From NCBI GenBank assembly GCA_963833765.1, contig CAWHZJ010000019.1, forward strand, positions 47,487 to 111,486: 64,000 bases of DNA, read 5' to 3'. Below, piece by piece: positions 57,811 to 64,000 of this stretch. The position numbers and the translations under genes are program-made. Position 1 is the stretch's first letter; every line of letters begins with the position of its first letter. Under the pieces are notes generated by a model. It saw only the letters and a list, made by a program, of their open reading frames with translations, did not search any database and was not told the DNA's origin. This DNA is from an uncultured Solirubrobacterales bacterium (GTDB lineage: Bacteria; Actinomycetota; Thermoleophilia; Solirubrobacterales; Solirubrobacteraceae).

Positions 57811-58797
57811 GTGACCGAGCGTCCGAGCAGTACACCGCCGGACCGCAACCTAGCGCTCGAACTGGTGCGCGTCACCGAGGCGGCGGCGCTGGGCGCCTCG
57901 CGGCTGATCGGTCGCGGTGACAAGGAGGCGGCCGACCAGGCGGCGGTCGACGCGATGCGCCACATGCTCGACAGCGTGCACATGGACGGTGTCGTGGTGA
58001 TCGGCGAGGGCGAGAAGGACGAGGCGCCGATGCTGTTCAACGGCGAGCGGATCGGCGACGGCTCGGCGCCGCACGTCGACATCGCGGTCGATCCGCTCGA
58101 GGGCACCACGCTCACGGCGCGTGGGATGCCGAGCGCCCTCTCGGTCATCGCGCTCTCCCCGCGGGGCACGATGTTCGACCCGGGGCCGTGCGTCTACATG
58201 GAAAAGATCGCCGGTGGCGCCGAGATCGTCGACCTGCTCGATCTCGACCGCCCGATCGGCGAGACGCTCACGCTGGTGGCGAAGCGCAAGGGGATCGACG
58301 TCGCGGACGTGATGGTCGTGATGCTCGACCGCCCGCGGCACGTCGAGGCGCTGACGGCGATTCACGCAGCCGGCGCTCGCGTGCGGCTGATCAGCGACGG
58401 CGACGTTTCGGCCTCGTTACTGGCCTGCGGCGAGGGCGGGCCGGTCGACCTGTTGTGGGGGATCGGCGGGACGCCCGAAGGCGTGCTCTCGGCGGCCGCG
58501 ATCAAATGCATCGGCGGCCAACTGCTCGGCCGGTTGTGGCCGCGCGACGATCGCGAGCGTCAGGCGGCGATCGACGCCGGCTACGACCTCAGCCGGGTGC
58601 TCGGCTGCGACGACCTCGTCGCCGGCGATGACTGCTTCTTCTCGGCCACCGGCGTGACCGACGGCGACGTCCTCCAGGGCGTGCGCTACCAGGGCTCGAC
58701 CGGTGCGACCACCGAGTCGCTCGTGATGCGATCGCGCTCGGGCACGGTGCGGCGGATCCACGCGCGCCACGACCGCGCCAAGCTGCGCAGCTACTGA
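57811..58797 (+). CDS. glpX: Class II fructose-1,6-bisphosphatase
   Basis: LELVRVTEAAALGASRLIGRGDK, VVIGEGEKDEAPML, DPLEGTT and GIGGTPEGV motifs are present. Confidence 0.9.
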   Translation: MTERPSSTPPDRNLALELVRVTEAAALGASRLIGRGDKEAADQAAVDAMRHMLDSVHMDGVVVIGEGEKDEAPMLFNGERIGDGSAPHVDIAVDPLEGTTLTARGMPSALSVIALSPRGTMFDPGPCVYMEKIAGGAEIVDLLDLDRPIGETLTLVAKRKGIDVADVMVVMLDRPRHVEALTAIHAAGARVRLISDGDVSASLLACGEGGPVDLLWGIGGTPEGVLSAAAIKCIGGQLLGRLWPRDDRERQAAIDAGYDLSRVLGCDDLVAGDDCFFSATGVTDGDVLQGVRYQGSTGATTESLVMRSRSGTVRRIHARHDRAKLRSY

Positions 58798-58814
58798 GGC
58801 ACCGCCGTACCGTC

Positions 58815-59516
58815 TCAGCGCCGGCGCAGCGACTCGCGCTCCTCGAAGCCGCGTTCGGCGAAGCGGCCCGTGCGCGACTCGGCGAGGTCCAGGCGTGCCA
58901 GCGAGCGCAGGAAGCCGTGGGTCACGAGGACGTGGATCGCCGACTGGGTGGTGGCGTACAGGCGGGGTCCGAGCGCGTTGGCGATCGCCGGGTAGAAGCT
59001 CAACACCGCGATCTCGACGTGGATCGTCTGGTAGCCGTCGTCGGCGTCGGCGAGCCGACGCACGTCGATCTGCAGGAAGCCGCGTTCGCCGTCCTGGCGG
59101 TGGGAGACCAGCGCACCGCTGCGGATCTGCCAGCGGACGACGCCGTGGTCGTCGCTCAGCTCGTAGTGCGGCGGGTCGAAGCGGATCAGCACGAACGGGC
59201 GCCGCAGCAGCACGACGGCGCGGTCGCGTTCGCTGTAGCTGACGCGGATCAGGCCGAGCGAGGAGCGCTCCAGGAACCGCCAGTAGGTTCGCGCCAGGCG
59301 CTCGAGCGAGGCCGGCGACCAGAGCTCGACGAGCGCGTGCGAGGGGATCGTCAGCTCGGCCGCCTGGACAGAGCGTGCGGCACCGTCGGCGTCGATCGAC
59401 GGCGCGCCTTCCGGGTCGACGATGCGGATCTCGGCGGGCAGCCGCGCGCGGCGGCGGACGACGACGGCCCAGAGGGTCGCGAGCAAGGCGACGAGCGGCG
59501 CGATCAACAGCCCCAT
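58815..59516 (-). CDS. Hypothetical protein with N-terminal membrane anchor
   Basis: 233 aa. N-terminal helix GLLIAPLVALLATLWAVVV. GC3 bias supports coding. No family recognised. Confidence 0.5.
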   Translation of the reverse strand: MGLLIAPLVALLATLWAVVVRRRARLPAEIRIVDPEGAPSIDADGAARSVQAAELTIPSHALVELWSPASLERLARTYWRFLERSSLGLIRVSYSERDRAVVLLRRPFVLIRFDPPHYELSDDHGVVRWQIRSGALVSHRQDGERGFLQIDVRRLADADDGYQTIHVEIAVLSFYPAIANALGPRLYATTQSAIHVLVTHGFLRSLARLDLAESRTGRFAERGFEERESLRRR

Positions 59517-59584
59517 CGCCAGCGGATGCTGTCAGCTGGCGGGCGCCGTTGCGTCGCCATCGGCGATGCGACGCTGCGGGCTGC

Positions 59585-60415
59585 TCAGCCGCTGGGGGCC
59601 GTGGCGCCGCCGGCGGTGGTGATCCCGCTCGGGCCGGCCGCACCGGTCGAGCCGGTGGGGCTCCCGCTGGCCGGCGGGTACCAGAAGCTCGGTGCGAGCG
59701 CCGCGCCGTTCAGCGCCAGCATTCCGACGTCGACGGTCTGGGTGATGCCGAGCTCCTGCGCGGCCGCACCGGTGAGGTCGAGCGTCGCGCTGTTGGCGTA
59801 GGGGCCGCGATCGATCACCGGCAGCGTCAGCGTCTGGCCGTTGTAGCGGAGCGTCACCGCGGTGCCGCACGGCAGCGTCCGATCGGCGACGCCGACGATG
59901 TAGCGGGTCAGCTTCTCGCCGCAGGCCGTGCGGTTCCCGTACAGGCCGGGGCCGTACCAGCTGGCGAGCACCTGCGCGTACACCGACAGCGTGACCTGCG
60001 GCGTGGCGGTCACCGAACTGGTCGAGGCGAGCCCCGAGGCGACGACGCGCAACGTCAGCTGACCGGTGCGGTCGGCCCGCCAGGCGATCGCGAAGCTGCC
60101 GTTGGCGGCAGCGGCGCCGCTCAGCACCGGGACCCATGAGTGGCGGCCCTGACGGATCTGCAGCCAGAGCGGACGGCCGGCGTCGGCGAGTGGCAGCGAG
60201 CCGCTGATGACCACGACCTGGTGCTGGAGCACCGCCGACGGCGTGACGGCCAGCGCGCCGCCGGTCGTCGTCGGCGCGGACGGGATCGAGGGCACGGCGG
60301 GGGACGGGGCGGTCGCGCCGCCGGTGGGGCCCGCGACGGCGCCGGCGGGCAGCGCGAGAAGGCCGACGCAGAGTCCGGAAACCGCCCATCGAATGGCTGT
60401 AGGCACGCGCACCAT
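59585..60415 (-). CDS. Secreted RlpA-like double-psi beta-barrel (DPBB) protein
   Basis: Signal peptide is present. The C-terminal domain ASWYGPGLYGNRTACGEKL...GVADRTLPCGTAVTLRYNGQTLTLPVIDRGPY is the RlpA/DPBB signature. Confidence 0.75.
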   Translation of the reverse strand: MVRVPTAIRWAVSGLCVGLLALPAGAVAGPTGGATAPSPAVPSIPSAPTTTGGALAVTPSAVLQHQVVVISGSLPLADAGRPLWLQIRQGRHSWVPVLSGAAAANGSFAIAWRADRTGQLTLRVVASGLASTSSVTATPQVTLSVYAQVLASWYGPGLYGNRTACGEKLTRYIVGVADRTLPCGTAVTLRYNGQTLTLPVIDRGPYANSATLDLTGAAAQELGITQTVDVGMLALNGAALAPSFWYPPASGSPTGSTGAAGPSGITTAGGATAPSG

Positions 60416-60427
60416 GCACTTACTGCC

Positions 60428-60572
60428 CGGCTACCGTTGCCTACGGGGTGAGCTGTCGGGCTCGCGCTCCGTGCGCTATGGCCTCGCTGTGGCCAATTCG
60501 CCCCGGCGGAAAACTGCTCCGCACTGGTTCCCCCGCCCACGCTGCGCGGGCGCAGTGTGGCTCGGCGTGGTG
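60428..60572 (-). ncRNA. Candidate c-di-AMP riboswitch (ydaO/yuaA class) in the leader of the RlpA-like gene
   Basis: The minus-strand RNA contains, in order, CGCCGAGCC, GGCGGGGGAACCAG, the hairpin GCGGA-GCAGUUU-UCCGC, GGGGCGAAUUGGCC, the hairpin GGCC-ACAGCGA-GGCC and CCCGACAGCUCACCCCGUAGGC. These parallel the recalled ydaO blocks GGGGACCCA, GGGGUGAAUC and CCGACAGCUAACCUCGUAAGC. The motif ends about 15 nt before the start codon. Boundaries are approximate. Confidence 0.6.
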
Positions 60573-60578
60573 GGCGCG

Positions 60579-60607
60579 AGTATACGCCGCCGGCGCAGGG
60601 CGTGTAA
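60579..60607 (-). promoter_or_regulatory. Candidate promoter for the riboswitch/RlpA-like transcript (TTACAC-N17-TATACT on the minus strand)
   Basis: Hexamers read directly from the sequence. The -10 ends about 7 nt before the first riboswitch block. Confidence 0.35.
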
Positions 60608-60656
60608 CGACCATCCGCCACGCGGTCGTGGGTGCGTATTCGGCGCCGCGACTATT

Positions 60657-60672
60657 AATCCTGCCCAGGATT
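60657..60672. promoter_or_regulatory. Perfect 16-bp palindrome AATCCTGCCCAGGATT; candidate operator between divergent promoters
   Basis: Read directly from the sequence. It lies in the AT-richest stretch of the window, between the RlpA-leader promoter and the rpoD promoter. Function unknown. Confidence 0.3.
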
Positions 60673-60747
60673 GGAAACCTGAAACGTTCTCGTGCGTTAT
60701 GGGTAGTACAGGTAGCGAAAAATGCCACTGCCGGCGCCCCGCCGACG

Positions 60748-60776
60748 TTGACTACACAAAGTAAAGCGCGTAGAAT
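60748..60776 (+). promoter_or_regulatory. Sigma-70 type promoter of rpoD (TTGACT-N17-TAGAAT)
   Basis: Near-consensus hexamers with 17-nt spacing. The predicted leader to the rpoD ATG is about 130 nt. Confidence 0.6.
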
Positions 60777-60911
60777 CCAGATAGACGCTTTGAGCCCCAC
60801 GGTCGGCCGGGAGAGCCCCGCCCCCAGAGAGTTCGAGCGGCTCTCTCGGCAATCGCAGACAGACCGGCCCCCTGGGGCGCTCGCTCGTCTGCGCGACGGA
60901 AACGGAACCAC

Positions 60912-62015
60912 ATGTCAGTAGCAGAACTGCAGGAGCTCGAAGAGGTCAAGGGCCTGGTGGCCAAGGGTCAGCAGGTCGGCGTACTCAGCTACGCCGAGAT
61001 TCAGGGCGCCGTCTCCGAGCTCGACATGGACGAATCGGACATGGAGGAGCTGCACGGCTTCCTCGAGCGGTCCGAAATCGAGCTCGTCGAGGACATCGAC
61101 CCGGCGACGGCCGCCGGTTCGGAGGTGGAGCGCGCGCCCGACAAGCGCGGCCGCCGCAAGGCGAAGACGGCGCTCGATCTCAAGCCGGACATGACGACCG
61201 ATTCGCTGCAGCTGTTCCTCAAGGACATCGGCAAGGTGCGCCTGCTGACGGCGCAGGAGGAGGTCGATCTCGCCAAGCGCATCGAGCGCGGCGACCTCGA
61301 CGCCAAGCAGAAGATGGTCGAGTCCAACCTGCGCCTGGTCGTCTCGATCGCGAAGAACTACCGCAACCAGGGCCTGCCGTTCCTCGACCTGATCCAGGAG
61401 GGGACGCTCGGCCTCGTGCGCGCGGCGGAGAAGTTCGACTATCGCAAGGGCTTCAAGTTCTCGACCTATGCGACGTGGTGGATCCGTCAGGCGATCGCCC
61501 GCGCGCTCGCCGACAAGGCGCGCACGATTCGCATCCCGGTGCACGTCGTCGAGAAGCTCAACAAGATCGGGCGCGCCGAGCGCAAGCTCGTCACCGAGCT
61601 CGGCCGCGAGCCGACGCCGGACGAGATCGCGGCGGTCACCGGGATCGATCCCGATGAGGTCGACTCGATCAAGCGTTCGGCTCAGGCGCCGGTCTCCCTG
61701 GAGAAGCCCGTCGGCGACGAGGAGGAGTCCGAGTTCGGCCAGTTCATCGCCGATGAGCGGGCCGAGTCGCCCTACGAGCGTGCGGCGGAGATCCTGACCA
61801 AGGAGGCGCTGCGCGAGGCGCTCGAGAACCTCTCCTACCGCGAGCGCCGCGTGCTGGAGCTGCGCTACGGGCTGGGCGGCGAGCATCCGCGCACGCTGGA
61901 CGAGGTCGGCCGGACGTTCAACGTCACGCGTGAGCGGATCCGCCAGATCGAAAACCAGTCGTTGAAGAAGCTCCAGAGCCTCGCCGAGGCCCAGAAGCTG
62001 CGCGACGTCGCCTAA
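60912..62015 (+). CDS. rpoD: Principal RNA polymerase sigma factor (RpoD/SigA)
   Basis: Regions 1.2 to 4 are present: [75 protein letters not shown] and [19 protein letters not shown]. Confidence 0.95.
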   Translation: MSVAELQELEEVKGLVAKGQQVGVLSYAEIQGAVSELDMDESDMEELHGFLERSEIELVEDIDPATAAGSEVERAPDKRGRRKAKTALDLKPDMTTDSLQLFLKDIGKVRLLTAQEEVDLAKRIERGDLDAKQKMVESNLRLVVSIAKNYRNQGLPFLDLIQEGTLGLVRAAEKFDYRKGFKFSTYATWWIRQAIARALADKARTIRIPVHVVEKLNKIGRAERKLVTELGREPTPDEIAAVTGIDPDEVDSIKRSAQAPVSLEKPVGDEEESEFGQFIADERAESPYERAAEILTKEALREALENLSYRERRVLELRYGLGGEHPRTLDEVGRTFNVTRERIRQIENQSLKKLQSLAEAQKLRDVA

Positions 62016-62036
62016 CCCCACCGGCCCTGGTGCCCG

Positions 62037-63353
62037 ATGTCAGACCTGCGATCCCAGCTGCGCCCTGACCGTCCGCTGACCGCGGTGGGTGGTCAACCCG
62101 TCCAAGAATCGCTTGCAAACGCTCAACTTTCGCCGCTCGCGAGCCGATCCTTGGGAAGGCCCGTGATCGACATCGACCAGGCACTGTGCGCGCTTGTCGC
62201 GTGTGACGGATCCGACCTGCACCTGAAAGTGGGCTCGGTGCCGCTCGCGCGCGTCGACGGCGAGCTCGGACCACTGAGCTACGACGACTGGCCGGTCCTC
62301 GAAGCCGCCGACACCGAAGAGGCGCTGCACCGCCTGCTCGGCAACAGCGTGCGGATGGCCGAGTTCGACGTCGAGAACGAGATCGACCTCTCGCACGAGA
62401 TCCCGGGCGTCGCGCGGTTCCGAATCAACGCGTTCCGCCAGCGTGGCGGCGTGTCGCTCGTCGCGCGGGCGATCCCTCACCGGATCCGCACGATCGAGGA
62501 GCTGGCGCTCCCGTCGGTGATCGCGAAGCTCGCCGACGAGCCGCGCGGGATCGTGCTGGTCACCGGCACCACCGGCTCGGGCAAGTCGACGACGCTGGCC
62601 GCGATGATTCACCACATCAACCTCACGCGCTCGGCGCACATCGTCACGATCGAGGATCCGATCGAGTTCGTTCATCGCGACCTGCGCTCGGTGATCAGCC
62701 AGCGCGAGGTCGGCGTCGACACCGCTTCGTTCAAGCGCGCGCTGCGCCGCGTGCTGCGCCAGGACCCGGACGTGATCCTGATCGGCGAGATGCGCGACGA
62801 GGAGACGGTCCAGACGGCGATCTCGGCGGCCGAGACCGGCCACCTCGTGCTCTCGACGATTCACACCGTCGACGCCCCGGAGTCGGTCAACCGGATGCTC
62901 GACTTCTTCCCCCCGCACCAGCACGGACAGGTGCGTTCGATGCTTGCCGGCACGCTGCGCGGCGTGATCTCCCAGCGGCTGGTGCCGGCTGCGTCCGGCG
63001 GGCGCGTCGCCGCCTGTGAGGTGCTGCGGATGACCGGGCGGGTGCGCGACATGATCCTCGACCCCGAGCAGACGGGAGCGCTGACCACGGTCATCGCCGA
63101 GGGTGGCTACTACGGCATGCAGACCTTCGACCAGGCGCTCTACGCGCACGTCGTCGCAGAGCGCGTGTCGGTCGAGGATGCCCTGCTGGTCGCCTCGAGC
63201 CCGCACGACTTCAAGCTGCTGCTCGACGCCGAGGGCCGGCGCGGGACGACGATGGCCGACGTGGCGCCCGCCGACGGGCACGCGCCGCCCGCCGATGCGC
63301 CCGTGCCCCCCGCGGAGGCCGGGCCTGCCTCGCCGCTGACGCTCGTCAGCTGA
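62037..63353 (+). CDS. pilT: PilT-family type IV pilus retraction ATPase
   Basis: GSDLHLKVGS, Walker A GTTGSGKSTT, Asp box IVTIEDPIEF, Walker B VILIGEMRD and His box LVLSTIHT are present. An alternative GTG start at 62163 is possible. Has a Pro/Ala-rich C-terminal tail. Lies 21 nt after rpoD. Confidence 0.85.
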   Translation: MSDLRSQLRPDRPLTAVGGQPVQESLANAQLSPLASRSLGRPVIDIDQALCALVACDGSDLHLKVGSVPLARVDGELGPLSYDDWPVLEAADTEEALHRLLGNSVRMAEFDVENEIDLSHEIPGVARFRINAFRQRGGVSLVARAIPHRIRTIEELALPSVIAKLADEPRGIVLVTGTTGSGKSTTLAAMIHHINLTRSAHIVTIEDPIEFVHRDLRSVISQREVGVDTASFKRALRRVLRQDPDVILIGEMRDEETVQTAISAAETGHLVLSTIHTVDAPESVNRMLDFFPPHQHGQVRSMLAGTLRGVISQRLVPAASGGRVAACEVLRMTGRVRDMILDPEQTGALTTVIAEGGYYGMQTFDQALYAHVVAERVSVEDALLVASSPHDFKLLLDAEGRRGTTMADVAPADGHAPPADAPVPPAEAGPASPLTLVS

Positions 63354-63392
63354 CCGCCGCTTTTCAGCACTTTCGACGCTTCAGTTGGTAAA

Positions 63393-63758
63393 GTGTTGGG
63401 TGTCATGCCCTCCGACGACACCTGTCCGGTCTGCCACACCACCGAGCTGGTCGGCGGGAAGTGGACGCTGTTGCTGGTCCGCGACCTCGCCGCCGGGCGC
63501 AGCCGGTTCTGCGAGTTGGAGCGATCGCTCGCCGGCATCAGCCCGCGCACGCTCTCGCTGCGACTGCGCGCGCTCGAGGAGGACGGGATCGTCGAGCGTC
63601 ACACCTACCCCGAGGTGCCGCCGCGCGTCGAGTACTCGCTGACGCAGAAGGGGCTCGACCTGCTGCCGATCATCGAGAGCATGCGCGAGTACGGACGCCG
63701 CTGGCTCTGCGAGGAGATCTCGCGGGCCTCCGAGCATCAGACCGCCGTCGCCGCATAG
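63393..63758 (+). CDS. HxlR-family transcriptional regulator
   Basis: CPVCHTTELVGGKWTLLLVRDLAAGRSRFCELERSLAGISPRTLSLRLRALEEDGIV...YSLTQKGLDL is a typical HxlR fold. Confidence 0.85.
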   Translation: MLGVMPSDDTCPVCHTTELVGGKWTLLLVRDLAAGRSRFCELERSLAGISPRTLSLRLRALEEDGIVERHTYPEVPPRVEYSLTQKGLDLLPIIESMREYGRRWLCEEISRASEHQTAVAA

Positions 63759-63824
63759 CACCGCAACGGCTGCAAGTCCGGCTGCGCCGGCAGGACGATC
63801 GCCCGGGCGGCCGAATCGCGCCCC

Positions 63825-64000
63825 ATGCAGTCGCGCCAGCTCCACGCCTCGTTGCACGCCTTCGCCGCCGCGGCGGGCGAGGCGCTCGCCGGTGAGGTCG
63901 CGGGAGGCGACGAGATCGGCTTCGAGATCGTCGAGGAGGGGGCGCGGGGCGCGCGCCCCGGGCTCTACTGCTACGAGCCGCTGACCGCGGAGTACGTGGA
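63825..64000 (+). CDS. Hypothetical protein, 5' fragment running off the window
   Basis: An ATG at 63825 is followed by 58 codons with nearly all-G/C third positions (MQSRQLHASLHAFAAAAGEALAGEV...YCYEPLTAEYV). Too short for the ORF track. No family recognised. Confidence 0.35.
   Translation, partial: MQSRQLHASLHAFAAAAGEALAGEVAGGDEIGFEIVEEGARGARPGLYCYEPLTAEYV

Noticed and set aside
58417-59643. 408-aa minus-strand ORF overlapping glpX and the 58815-59516 gene.
   Set aside because: It is Arg/Pro/Ala-rich and low-complexity. It overlaps glpX antisense and the hypothetical gene out of frame.

Overview
Very GC-rich, gene-dense chromosomal segment. By eye it is about 70 percent G+C (not computed). 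GC3-biased codons, frequent GTG/TTG starts and many 4-nt ATGA/GTGA start-stop overlaps suggest an Actinomycetota-like genome, possibly Thermoleophilia or Rubrobacteria-like (low confidence). I support about 60 CDS and found no rRNA, tRNA, CRISPR array, transposase, integrase or phage gene.

Layout:
- 1-5.8 kb: amine/alanine catabolic cluster (class-III aminotransferase, PucR regulator, saccharopine-dehydrogenase-like protein, Ald, aldehyde dehydrogenase).
- 5.8-11.6 kb: TetR/MMPL and HxlR/MFS divergent pairs, plus an SDR.
- 11.6-30.1 kb: phosphate/polyphosphate island. It holds two complete pst systems, ppk1, two half-size CHAD genes, ppx, sixA, phoU, an orphan PhoP-like response regulator, a receiver-less paralog of its DNA-binding domain, and DUF47.
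- 30.2-37.3 kb: envelope genes. These are a collagen-like/SLT/degenerate-LytM secreted protein, DUF2334, a PHP::GT4 fusion and a CpsB-like PHP phosphatase.
- 37.4-47 kb: housekeeping genes (mscS, ribD_C-like, msrB, csp, GT-C mannosyltransferase-like, LOG, rhodanese, acyl-CoA dehydrogenase, zincin, thiolase, EgtD-like).
- 47.1-57.7 kb: one long pentose-phosphate operon (ROK kinase, tkt, tal-pgi fusion, gnd, zwf, opcA, pgl, histidine phosphatase).
- 57.8-64 kb: glpX, a hypothetical, an RlpA-like gene behind a candidate c-di-AMP (ydaO-type) riboswitch, rpoD, pilT and hxlR.

The most interesting signal is a Pho/polyP regulatory module with no histidine kinase anywhere in the 64 kb. It has three arrays of 11-nt phased (G/C)NTCAC direct repeats: in front of pstS2, in front of the response regulator, and in front of the receiver-less wHTH paralog. 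It also has a CHAD domain split into two translationally coupled genes between ppx and ppk1, and a SixA phosphohistidine phosphatase.

All family calls rest on motifs I recognise by eye. No database search was run.
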